Of a DNA stretch of 64,000 nucleotides, positions 49,640 through 59,895 are shown piece after piece; the first letter of the stretch is position 1; each line of letters starts with the position of its first letter. The notes below the pieces were generated by a model, which made no database searches, had not been told where the DNA came from, and saw nothing but the letters and a program-made list of their open reading frames with translations. The stretch comes from Centroscyllium fabricii. Its lineage: Eukaryota. Location of the stretch: assembly GCA_051313645.2 (NCBI GenBank), contig JBNRSN020000021.1, positions 78,058,001-78,122,000 on the forward strand, in the 5' to 3' direction. The position numbers were made by a program, and so were the translations under genes.

Positions 49640-51395
49640 TGTAAGGAGCGTGCGCCGTATATTTTACTGTACGACTTGGGGTCCGTTACTGCCTTGCGCT
49701 AGCAGTCCGCTAGGCCTCGCGCAATAACCTCCTCCCCCGCGAGCGGTTCGAATCGCTCACTCTTTACGGTTCTAGACGCTGGACTTAGGTGCAGGAAGAG
49801 AGAGAGAGAGAGAGAGATGGATGCCGATTGGACTCAGACTATTGACTCGAATAAAAGTTTGTAAAGTTGGAAGGTTTTTATTACACCAAGAGATATATTT
49901 ACAGCAGTAAGGATAAAGGTTTATTACACCAAGAGATATATTTACAGCAGTTAGGTTGTATTTTCTCGGGTCAACACAGTATGGAACACCAACAATTGTT
50001 CCCAAATAGATATATATACATATGCACATACACAAACAACTCATAGGATGGGGAACGCACGACACATCGTAAATCGGGGCAATGACTCTAAAATTACACC
50101 CCAAACGAACCACCCTTCCCTCTATTGCCTAGCTATGTCCAGGTGTGTAGGATCAATGCACATGCTCACCACTCGGTAATACTCGGGTTCTGCTACGAAG
50201 TCCCTCGTCTCCTCGGCTGCAGCGTCGGTCGTCACGTGGCTGTGGAAGATTCGGGAGTCCACTTGTTGTTTTCTCCCTTTGGGCGGCGGTCGCTCCTGCT
50301 CGGGCTGGTCCCGGACGGGTTCCTCGAGGCTGCTCTACCTTCTCACACCAGCCGCACCGTCTCCCTGGCTGAACCGGACCCTGGGGTATGCCGATCCTGC
50401 CCTCTCAAGCCGAACTGTAACGGGCTGCTAGCCTAATTGTTCTCCCACTCTTCGAATGCAACTGCAACCAGCCTTTTCTAACTCACTCACTTTGAATATT
50501 TGCTTCGCTAATGGGCCTCAGCAACTAAACTACCTCACCGGCAATGGTTTTCCGATGCGATACTGCCCTGACCCAACTCTGCTGTCCTGCCAGAGCCTGC
50601 ACCCTGCTTGCCCTGCACCCAGAAAACTGAACTGGAGTCTTCGAGAAAGACAGCCCACCCAAAGTCACTGCTAGACCTCACCGCTTCAAGAGGTCGCCTC
50701 CACGAGTCGATAGAGAGAAATCCAAGAGCCTTCTCCAAGAGCTCACCGATGAGAAGAGATTTTACAAGAGAGTATTACAAGAGATTCAAACCCCCCTCCT
50801 CCAGGGAGTCCGAGATGAAGAGAGAGAGCGAACTGTGAAATGTGCTGCCAGTTATACCCCAAAGTCGAACTGCCTAATGTCTTTCCCATTAGAGCCTGTA
50901 TTGTGTGTGGAAAGCGGTTACTGCACTCCTTTTGTCTAGCCAAGTCTGCCGGTAATAGTTTGATGGTGGCTCTAACTTCTCAGGTTAGAGCCCCTTTGTT
51001 TTCAAGGGTGCTAATCGCTTTCTGCTGGAAGGGTATACAATTTCTGTAGCTGGCTGAACGGACCAGCTGCTTCGTTTCTGCAGTTGTTTTGGGTGATTAT
51101 TTAAACTGGGTGCATTTCTTTGTCGGGCTAATCGGCCTCTAAAAGGCAGGCTATTTATTTCCAGGTTTAACAGCGCCTTTATGTCTGGTTTCTTCGCGGG
51201 CTTTTCGAGTTGGGTTTTTGGTTTCGGTTTGTACTGTGCCATGTGGTCCGGCGGCCATCTTGGAGGCCCCTTTTCTCTGATCAGGCCGCAGCCTGTCTTG
51301 TCTGTCATTGTCCAAATAAAATAAAATGTGTATACTCCATCCTTCGTTTCTGGTCTTTGTGAATCCAATTTAACAGGGAATATTGCGACCTTACA
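49640..51395 (-). repeat. 5' LTR (1756 bp)
   Basis: Followed after 3 nt by the PBS. Minus-strand AATAAA about 240 and 280 nt from its 3' end. Confidence 0.96.
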
Positions 51396-51712
51396 GGGAT
51401 TAGCAATCCTATACTGGCTGAGTAGCCGCCTCCAATCAGGGATACGAGGGAGTGCTGCATTGTTGGAGGTGACGTATCGTCAAGGTCTTCAATTAAAAGA
51501 GTCGACGCGTAGTTACCGAAATTAAAGGCTTTTAATTACTAAAGAACGGAGCTACTCTCCAGACGAACTACTGTACAGGAATGGATGGAGCCTCGGTCAG
51601 ACCACACCTATATCGGGGCCTCACCTGGGGGAGGAGTCGGCGGTGTGGCTGACCTGGCTCCCAACAGAGTCACAGTAAACAGGGCTGTGCCTAACATCTG
51701 CACAGCCCATCA

Positions 51713-54700
51713 TTAGCCATGGTGATACAGTGGTATAACTGATATAGAACGGTTACCACATTCACCCCTTCTTAAAAACTTTGAGTCCGGGGGGGGTGAA
51801 TGGATCGAACAGTTCATAATTAGTCTGTCCAGCGGTCGTGTCTGCCTGGAGGACCGCCGGCGCTCCGGTGTTGGCGGCGGTGCCTCCTGGGTCAAATGGT
51901 CCGCATCCGCCGGCGCTGTGACTTCAGGTGGCGGCGGGCTCGGCTGGTCCCCGCCGTCCGGGTCGTAGTCGGGGAAACTCGGGGGCCATCGTGCGATTGG
52001 TGGTTGGTCGGCCTGCTGGCCAGCAGGAGGCGCTGCAGTGGTGTTTCCGGCCAGGGCCAGGTCCCTGATGGACATGGTGTCCTCACGCCCGTCCGGGAAC
52101 TGCACGAAGGCGTAGTGCGGGTTTGCGTGTAGGAGCTGTACCATGTCCACCAGGGGGTCCGTCTTGTGGTTCCGGACATGCCTTTTAAGCAAAACCGGCC
52201 CCGGAGTCGTCAGCCATGGAGGAAGAGCTGTCCCCGAAGTCGACCTCCTGTTAAAAGAAAAAATCAGATCGTGCGGGGTGGCGTTAGTGGCAGTACACAA
52301 CAGTGAGCGAATAGATTGCAGCGCGTCTGGGAGGACTGCCTGCCAATGGGACACTGGAAGGCCTCTGGACTTGAGGGCCAGGGTGACCGCCTTCCAGATG
52401 ATCCCATTCTCCCTTTCTACCTGGCCGTTCCCCCGGGGGTTATAACTGGTCATTCTGCTCGTGGCAACCCCTCTCTGGAGCAGAAACTGGCGCAGTTCAT
52501 CGCTCATGAACGATGACCCCCGGTCGCTATGGATGTAGCTGGGGAGACCGAAAATGGCGAACAGCGCGGTGAAGTGTTTGATCACCGTTGCGCTCGTCAT
52601 GTCTGGGCAGGGGAAGGCGAATGGGAAGCGTGAAAACTCATCCACTACCGTGAGGAAGTATGAGTTGCGGTCGGTGGAAGGGAGGGGGCCTTTGAAGTCC
52701 ACGCTGAGACGTTCAAAGGGGCGGGTGGCCTTAATGAGGTGCGCCGTGTCTGGCCGGAAAAAGTGGGGTTTGCACTCGGCGCAGACAGGGCACTCTCGGG
52801 TCATAGCCTTGATCTCCGTAATGGAGTAGGGGAGGCTACGAGATTTGATGAAATGGGCGAGTCTGGTGACACCCAGGTGGCAAAGGCGGTCGTGGAGGTC
52901 CTTCAGCCGGTTTAGCTGGGCACTGGCGCACGGTTCCCTGGACAGTGCGTCTGGGGGTTCGTTGAGTTTGCCTGGTCGGTAAAGAATGTCGTACTCGTAA
53001 GTCGAGAGTTCGATCCGCCACCGCAGGATCTTATCATTCTTGATTTTACCCCGTAGTTTATTATTAAACATAAACGCTACCGACCGTTGGTCGGTGAGCA
53101 GGGTAAAACGCTTACCAGCCAGGTAATGACGCCAGTAGCGCACGGCCTCCACGATGGCCTGGGCCTCCTTTTCCACTGCTGAGTGGCGAGTTTCGGGTCC
53201 CTGTAAGGTGCGGGAGAAAAACGCTACGGGCCTGCCTGCCTGATTCAGGGTGGCAGCAAGGGCGAAGTCCGAAGCGTCACTCTCCACCTGGAAAGGGATG
53301 GATTCATCAACAGCGAGCATGGTCGCCTTGATGATATCTTCCTTTATCCCTGCGAATGCCGTTTGGGCTTCTACAGAAAGGGGGAAGACGGCAGCCTTGA
53401 GGAGTGGTCTAGCCTTATCTGCGAACTGTGGGACCCATTGTTCATAATAGGAGAAAAATCCTAGACATCTCCTCAAGGCTTTGGGGTTGTGAGGTAGGGG
53501 CAGTTCTTGCAGGGGTCGCATACGCTGTGGGTCGGGGCCGTGGAGCCCGTTCTCCACCACGTATCCGAGGATGGCGAGCCGGGCTGTATTAAAGACACAT
53601 TTGTCTTTGTTATACGTGAGATCCAGCTTAGCCGCCATGGCGAGAAATTTTGCTAGATTGGCATCGTGTTCCTGCTGGTCGTGGCCGCAGATGGTCACGT
53701 TGTCCAGGTAAGGGAAGGTGTCCTGCAAGTCGTTTTGGTCAACCATACGGTCCATCTCCCGTTGGAACACTGACACTCCGTTGGTCACGCCAAAGGGGAC
53801 CCGGAGGAAGTGGTAGAGCCGACCGTTCGCCTCGAAGGCGGCGTAGGGGCGGTCAGCTTTCCGAATCGGGAGCTGATGATACGCCGATTTAAGGTCGATC
53901 GTAGAGAACACCTTGTACTGGGCGATCTGATTGACCATTTCTGAGATGCGGGGAAGGGGGTAGGCGTCGAGCCCGGTGTAGCGGTTGATAGTCTGGCTGT
54001 AATCGATAACCAGCCGCTGTTTTTCGCCAGACTTCACCACTACAACTTGGGCGCACCAGGGGCTGGTGCTGGCTTCAATTATCCCCTCCTTCAGCATCCG
54101 CCCGACCTCTGACCTGATAAACGTGCGATCCCCCTCACTGTACCGCCGACTCTTAGTGGCAATGGGTTTGCACTTCGGATCGAGGTTGGCGAACAGCGAG
54201 GGGGGGTCAATTTTCAGGGTGGAGAGGCCGCAGGCCGGGCTCCGCTTTGGGAGGAGATTGTCCCGGCTACTGACGGTGAGGGGGGGTAAGGTCCCGCCGA
54301 ACTCCATTGTCACACTCCTGAAGTGGCACTGGAAATCCAAACCGAGTAAGGCTGGGGCACACAACTGTTGGAGGGTATACAATTTAAAATTACGGTACAC
54401 GCGTCCCTTGGTGGTGAGCGTGACGGAGCAGTAGCCGGTGACGTCCGCGGTGTGGGACTGTGAAGCTAGGGAGACTTGGTAGTTGGTGGGCAGGACCTGC
54501 AGTCCACAGCGCCGCACTGTATCAGGGTGAATGAAACTCTCAGTGCTGCCTGTGTCGAAAAGGCAGTCGACAGTATGCTCATTAATGCTAATCGGTATTA
54601 TTGAGTTAGACAGGGTATGGGGCCTGCCCTGGCTAACTCTGATTCTAGCTGCCGCAGCCCCTGCTGATCGGGGCTGTGCACAAGATGGCGTCGCCCCTGG

Positions 54701-55906
54701 CTCGCCCATGGAGGGGCCCTGGATACAAGATGGCGTCGCCCCTGGCCCGCCGCTGGTGGGGCCCCATATACAAGATGGCGTCGCCCCTGGCTCGCACATG
54801 GAGGGGCCCTGGATACAAGATGGCGTCGCCCCTGGCCCGCAGCTGGTGGGGCCCCGTATACAAGATGGCGCTGCCCCTGGCTCGCACATGGAGGGGCTCT
54901 GGTTGCAAAATGGCGTTTCTGAGGGGACGCACGCGGTGGGGCCCTGTGAACGCGCTGGCGGCGCCCGTGATTCGCACGCAGCGAACCGCGGTGATCGGGT
55001 TGGCGGTGCTCGTGATTCGCATGCAGCGGGCCGCGGTGGTCGGGTTGGCGGTGCCCGTGATTCGCACGCAGCCGGCCGCGTTGGGGGGTCGCGCTTGGCC
55101 GGCCTTTGCTGTATCAGGGTGGGAGATGGGGGCGCTTGTTGTTTACCCCCGTACCGTCGCTGGATCGCGCTGCTATTGCAGCTTACCTGGTGTCTGTCGG
55201 TGCTCTCACAGGCTGCATTGTTGTACCTTGAGTTGGGCGCTGCTGGAGCTGATCTGCAGGCTTTAGCGTAGTGTCCCTTCTTTGCACACTTCTCGCAGGT
55301 CGCTGTCCTGGCTGGGCATTTCGCTCTAGGGTGCAGTCCCTGGCTGCAGAAGTAACAGCGCTTGCTTTTAACGTCTTTAATGTCTTTAGTGGCCGTCGCG
55401 GCCATCGTGGGGGCCTCGGCCCATGGCGCCCAGGCCTGGGCCTGTTGTGGCGCGGCCCATATGTTGTAGGCTTGCGGGTTAGTGCCGCTGTACGCCTGTA
55501 ACTTGCTACGGGCCCCCTCTACCGATTTAGCTAACGTAGTCGCCTCCTTGAGGGTTAAATTGTCTCTCTCTAGTAGCCGCTGGCGGGCTTCCACACACCT
55601 CAGTCCTGTGACATAAGCGTCCCGAACGAGGAGTTCTTCCTCCTCTGCAACAGTTGTGCCTTTGCAGCCACAGGCCTGTACCAGGGCCAGGAGCGCTTGC
55701 TCAAACTCCTCATTTGACTCACCCGGTAGCTGAGTTCTGGTCGCCAGCACATGTCGGGCGTAGACCGAATGGACCGGGCGCACGTAACATTTCTTCAGGA
55801 TTAGTATAGTCCTTTCGTAGGTTGTGGCGTTCCTGACGAGCGTGAATACCCTGCTGGAGATCCTTGATCGCAGTCCAAAGATGTGCGGGTTAGGTTGATT
55901 GGCCAT
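51713..55906 (-). CDS. Gag-Pol polyprotein ORF of Gypsy C (1397 aa; native ATG at 56263 separated by HE1)
   Basis: CCHC knuckles, LFDTGS, YLDN, ESDAS, HHCC, VDFKG, HSDRG, QVERE, all in one open frame. Confidence 0.85.
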   Translation of the reverse strand: MANQPNPHIFGLRSRISSRVFTLVRNATTYERTILILKKCYVRPVHSVYARHVLATRTQLPGESNEEFEQALLALVQACGCKGTTVAEEEELLVRDAYVTGLRCVEARQRLLERDNLTLKEATTLAKSVEGARSKLQAYSGTNPQAYNIWAAPQQAQAWAPWAEAPTMAATATKDIKDVKSKRCYFCSQGLHPRAKCPARTATCEKCAKKGHYAKACRSAPAAPNSRYNNAACESTDRHQVSCNSSAIQRRYGGKQQAPPSPTLIQQRPAKRDPPTRPAACESRAPPTRPPRPAACESRAPPTRSPRFAACESRAPPARSQGPTACVPSETPFCNQSPSMCEPGAAPSCIRGPTSCGPGATPSCIQGPSMCEPGATPSCIWGPTSGGPGATPSCIQGPSMGEPGATPSCAQPRSAGAAAARIRVSQGRPHTLSNSIIPISINEHTVDCLFDTGSTESFIHPDTVRRCGLQVLPTNYQVSLASQSHTADVTGYCSVTLTTKGRVYRNFKLYTLQQLCAPALLGLDFQCHFRSVTMEFGGTLPPLTVSSRDNLLPKRSPACGLSTLKIDPPSLFANLDPKCKPIATKSRRYSEGDRTFIRSEVGRMLKEGIIEASTSPWCAQVVVVKSGEKQRLVIDYSQTINRYTGLDAYPLPRISEMVNQIAQYKVFSTIDLKSAYHQLPIRKADRPYAAFEANGRLYHFLRVPFGVTNGVSVFQREMDRMVDQNDLQDTFPYLDNVTICGHDQQEHDANLAKFLAMAAKLDLTYNKDKCVFNTARLAILGYVVENGLHGPDPQRMRPLQELPLPHNPKALRRCLGFFSYYEQWVPQFADKARPLLKAAVFPLSVEAQTAFAGIKEDIIKATMLAVDESIPFQVESDASDFALAATLNQAGRPVAFFSRTLQGPETRHSAVEKEAQAIVEAVRYWRHYLAGKRFTLLTDQRSVAFMFNNKLRGKIKNDKILRWRIELSTYEYDILYRPGKLNEPPDALSREPCASAQLNRLKDLHDRLCHLGVTRLAHFIKSRSLPYSITEIKAMTRECPVCAECKPHFFRPDTAHLIKATRPFERLSVDFKGPLPSTDRNSYFLTVVDEFSRFPFAFPCPDMTSATVIKHFTALFAIFGLPSYIHSDRGSSFMSDELRQFLLQRGVATSRMTSYNPRGNGQVERENGIIWKAVTLALKSRGLPVSHWQAVLPDALQSIRSLLCTATNATPHDLIFSFNRRSTSGTALPPWLTTPGPVLLKRHVRNHKTDPLVDMVQLLHANPHYAFVQFPDGREDTMSIRDLALAGNTTAAPPAGQQADQPPIARWPPSFPDYDPDGGDQPSPPPPEVTAPADADHLTQEAPPPTPERRRSSRQTRPLDRLIMNCSIHSPPPDSKFLRRGECGNRSISVIPLYHHG

Positions 55907-56117
55907 GATAAATTGACCCTTAGTGTTAGGGGGTTTGAATATGTGGGGTTACGGGGATAGGGTGGGATTTGTGTCGATGGAGGCTCGATAGGGGATATGG
56001 GGAGAGGGCAGAGGCGGTGTGCTGGGTTTGGATGATCAGCCATGATCTCATTGAATGGCGGAGCAGGCTCGAAGGGCCGAATGGCCTACTCCTGCTCCTA
56101 GTTTCTATGTTTCTATG
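55871..56117 (+). mobile_element. 5'-truncated HE1-like SINE inside gag of Gypsy C
   Basis: Starts CAGTCCAAAGATGTGCGGGTTAGG, ends (TTTCTATG)2. Confidence 0.9.
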
Positions 56118-56579
56118 ACATGTAGCATGTCCTTGTCTGATGTAGCCTCGGCGGCTTCCATGTAGGCCTCCAGAAGGCCGAACCAGTGTTCGAAGGTAGC
56201 GGGAGCAGCAGGGTCCTGGGGACTGATGTCCAGCTTCTCAGGTTTAACTGTGCTGCTATCCATTTTAAAATAATTTAGTAATTAAAATTGACGTATCGTC
56301 AAGGTCTTCAATTAAAAGAGTCGACGCGTAGTTACCGAAACTAAAGGCTTTTAATTACTAAAGAACGGAGCTACTCTCCAGACGAACTACTGTACAGGAA
56401 TGGATGGAGCCTCGGTCAGACCACACCTATATCGGGGCCTCACCTGGGGGAGGAGTCGGGGGTGTGGCTGACCTGGCTCCCAACAGAGTCACAGTAAACG
56501 GGGCTGTGCCTAACATCTGCACAGCCCATCATTAGCCATGGTGATACAGTGGTATAACTGATATAGAACGGTTACCACA

Positions 56580-56905
56580 GTGCCGTAATTCAAACGAGAT
56601 GTTAAACTGAGGCCCGGTCTGTCCTCCTTAGGTGGACATAACAGCGCCCATGGCACTATTCGAAGAAGAGAAAAGGAGTTCTCCCAGTATCCTGGCCAAC
56701 TTTTTCCCCTCAACCAGCAACACTAAAAAAACAGCTTCATTTGTCATTTGTTGCATAGCTGTTTGTGGGAGCTTGGTGTTTACAAATTGGCTGCTGCATT
56801 TCCTGACATTACAACAGCAAGCACACTTCAAAAGTAATTTATTGGCTGTGAAGTGTGTTGGGATGTCAGAAGATTGTGAAAGGTGCTATATAGATGCAAG
56901 TTTTT
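56580..56905 (+). mobile_element. SacSINE1-like SINE, 3' half (5' piece at ~51447-51469)
   Basis: Deu-like core and tail GGTGCTATATAGATGCAAGTTTT. Confidence 0.7.
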
Positions 56906-56995
56906 TTGTACTTTAGGTAGAATTTGTGGTGTGTCAGTTTTGTTGTCACCTTACAAATGATCATCTGACTTGACTTTTCTCTGATGGAGGGATTC

Positions 56996-57373
56996 CACAG
57001 AAACACAGAAGATAGGAGCAGGAGTAGGCCATTCGGCCCTTCGAGCCTGCTCCGCCATTTTGATGAGATCATGGCTGATCATCCTAACCCAGCACCCCCC
57101 TCCTACCCTCTTCCCATATCCCCCGACACCCCCAACTCGAAGAACTATATCTCACACACATACTCAGGGGCAATTTTTTATTTTAGTATCTCCAATTCAC
57201 CTAACCTGCATGTCTTTGGGTGGTGGGAGGAAACCGGAGTACCCGGAGGAAACCCACATGAACACGGGGAGAACATGCAAACTCCACGCAGAGAGGTCCC
57301 GGGCCAAGCAGGATTCTAACCCAGGAGCTCCTTACTGCAAGGCAGCAGTGCTAACCACTGCACCACCATGTCG
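56996..57373 (-). mobile_element. Diverged HE1-like V-SINE
   Basis: HER1 tail, V domain GGAGGAAACCGGAGTACCCGGAGGAAACCCAC, tRNA head. Confidence 0.85.
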
Positions 57374-57476
57374 TCCATTCTGGCTGGTGTGGAGACTGCC
57401 ATTTAAAGGCAGATGATTTACCTCTGTTTAGTTGGACTGAGTGAATCACAGCCCAATGAGCTGATAGAAATAATTA

Positions 57477-57831
57477 CAGGAAACTCTTTGATATCTGGCA
57501 CCGATGGGACCGGCGTGTTGCCAGTTTATCAAAATTTCCAGATGACGGAGAAGGTTATCTGCCAAGGCTATTTTTAACAAAGAAAAATTAAAAAATCAAG
57601 AATTGTGCAGTATACAGTAATTGGATACTCACCTACAGAATATTGTGTTAAATGGATGTGGATTGTGGCAGTTTGGAGAACTACCCCCACTGATTAACTC
57701 AGCCACCAGATGAGACTCGGACTCTGACTCGGCAACATTGCTGGTTATTGAGGTGTTGTTTTTGGATGAGAATTTTGCCGGTTAATAGAGAAGTCTGGAT
57801 ATTTAGGTGCCGGTTAAACAAGATTTTCCTG
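57477..57831. mobile_element. Tigger/pogo-like MITE, degenerate
   Basis: Left TA|CAGGAAACTCTTTGATATCTGGCACC versus right-end reverse complement CAGGAAAATCTTGTTTAACCGGCACC. Confidence 0.6.
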
Positions 57832-57919
57832 TTTTATGGATTTTCATGTTATATTTTATCGAGATTTCTAGACATTTTTTGGTACTGTGGGATTGGGCCT
57901 TTAAACAGCCATTAGCTCT

Positions 57920-58055
57920 AACAAAAGCAAAATACTGCAGATGCTGGAAATCTGAAATAAAAGCATAAAATGCTGGAAATACTCAGCAGGCCAGGCAGCA
58001 CCTGTGGAGAGAGAAACTGCATTAACATTTCAGGTCGATGACCTTTTGTCAGAAC
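57920..58055 (-). mobile_element. Penelope-like terminal repeat fragment, inverted relative to 58780-58915
   Basis: GCAAAATACTGCAGATGCTGGAAATCTGAAATAA is the near-exact reverse complement of ~58880-58913. Confidence 0.75.
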
Positions 58056-58424
58056 AGTCTGCCCTAGTTGAGGGGGGGGGGGGGCTTTTTTACCAGACGC
58101 TCAACTCCACTTTGTCCTGAATGGCAATGGCCTGAGGCTGGTACCCGAGCAGCTTTCTTGATACATGCACAACCTAATTTGATTAACAGTTTTATGATTT
58201 CTGACCATGATACCTTTTGATATTTCTATGTTCCAGTTCCGACTTCAAAAGTAAGAATGGGCATAACCGTTCCGCATACTTTGATTCTGCAGTGAATCTA
58301 CATTTTGTTAGTAATAAAAGATGCACCATTTTGCTCGGCCAGTATTTTTAACATAATACCTATTCTTGAGGTTTTGTCAAACCACCAGAGAGACAATCAA
58401 CTACCTTATTGAACTCAAAGAAAA

Positions 58425-58915
58425 GGTCCATAAGGGTGACCCTGAGCTTCCGGTCGCCTGTCACTTTAATTCTCCGCTTCACTGCCACTCTGATCTCTCT
58501 GTCCTCGGCCTATTACATTGTTCCAATGTAGCTCAACGTAAGCTTGAGGAACAGCACCTCATCTTTCGATTAGGCACTTTACAGCCTTCTGGATCAACAT
58601 AGAGTTCAACAATTTCAAACTATAATCCCTGCCCCCATTTCTCATGCTGTATGATTTTGCCATTCCCATTTGCAACATTTTATCTTTCCTGCCTCTTACA
58701 TAAGCACAGTATGTTCTTTCAATTCCTTCCTCCCTCCCCCTCTCTGCACCTGCTTAATATCTGTTACATCTCCAGCTTTTTCCAGTTCTGATGAAGGGTC
58801 CCAGACCTGAAACGTTGACTCTGTTTCTCTCTCCACGGATGCTGCCTGGCCTGCTGAGTGTTTCCAGCGTTTTCTGTTGTTATTTCAGATTTCCAGCATC
58901 CACAGTATTTTGCTA
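58425..58915 (+). mobile_element. Penelope-like element 3' end (GIY-YIG C-terminus plus pLTR)
   Basis: LPVACHFNSPLH...RKLEEQHLIFRLGTLQP. Confidence 0.85.
58784..58820 (+). ncRNA. Minimal type-I hammerhead ribozyme motif
   Basis: AGTT-CTGATGA-AGGGTCCCAGACCT-GAAACGTT-GACT: core boxes, stem II, palindromic ACGT stem III, short stem I. Confidence 0.65.
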
Positions 58916-59895
58916 TTGTCAAAGAAAAGGTTAGTCTATCTTGTTGAACACAAAGGGGAAGATCTTCTATCATTCAAAATCAACTGTCCATGAAGTGTAC
59001 TGAACAGCATCAGGGCTCTCAGAACACATCTGCAGCCAATAAAGTTATCAAATTGACAATCGGACAGATTCAATAGACTGATAACTATGCAGATAGATAT
59101 CAGGAAGTGCTGTTGGTGAGATCAACGTTAATAGGTTTGCAATTAAAATGTATTAAGTATCACGGTCAACTAGTGTCATGGCAGCCATATGTGTTGCCTG
59201 ATTATCCTCACAATACAATTTTTTTAGTTTTGCTAACAGAAAGTGATTTTTATCTCATCCAGAGACACTCCGCCTACAGCAATAGAAATTTAAAGTAACC
59301 AGCCGCACCTTATAGATATTCAAAATATGATTTGAATTATGACAGAAGTCCCATTTGTCACATTTTTTTCTGGCAAGTTTAGGTTGGATAAAAATTCAAG
59401 TCAATTGAAGACCTTTAATTTTCCAAATGGAAGATGTTGGTGACCATGCACTGTACTTGGCACCAGAGGATTGCCAAAGGTGAATATGTACAACACTTGT
59501 GGGTATTTTAGGACTGGAACTTGTTACAGGTGGCATTTTAGTTTACAGAGAAGGAGCTGGTCTTAAGAATTTTTTAAGCTAAATTCTTGAGGGAGCATGT
59601 GTGCATGAGAACCTGAAGTAAAATAAGACATTTCCTAAGCAGCTTTACACTAGTCCCATACATAGATTATTTGCTAAGTGCTGATGGGTTAAGATCAGTT
59701 TCAAAGAAAGTTGCAACTATCTTGCAGATACCTAAACAAAATAATATATGTTCACTCAAGCACGTCAGAATGTACAGTGAAGCATCTTTCAAAGTTTCTG
59801 TGATAAACCACTGTTTCTCATTGTTATTGTTGTATATACTTACCCTACCTGTATAGATGTAATCGTACCCAATACCATGTACCTGTACATAAACC

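Larger units (their letters stand above)
41419..51395 (-). mobile_element. Retrovirus-like LTR element (dual RNase H, env-less, integrase-core deleted)
   Basis: Two 1756-bp LTRs with TGTAAGG...CCTTACA ends, 4-bp TSD GGGA, tRNA PBS, short PPT, gag and pol ORFs. Confidence 0.96.
51470..56579 (-). mobile_element. Gypsy LTR retrotransposon C: young, with an HE1 insertion in gag
   Basis: 291-bp LTRs 51470-51760 and 56289-56579 with 3 differences seen. PPT AAGAAGGGGTGAA. Splits a SacSINE1-like SINE. No clean TSD. Confidence 0.95.

Noticed and set aside
51465-51475. TSD for Gypsy C
   Set aside because: Flanks GGAGG and GTGCC do not give the 5-bp duplication seen for A and B. A small deletion is possible.
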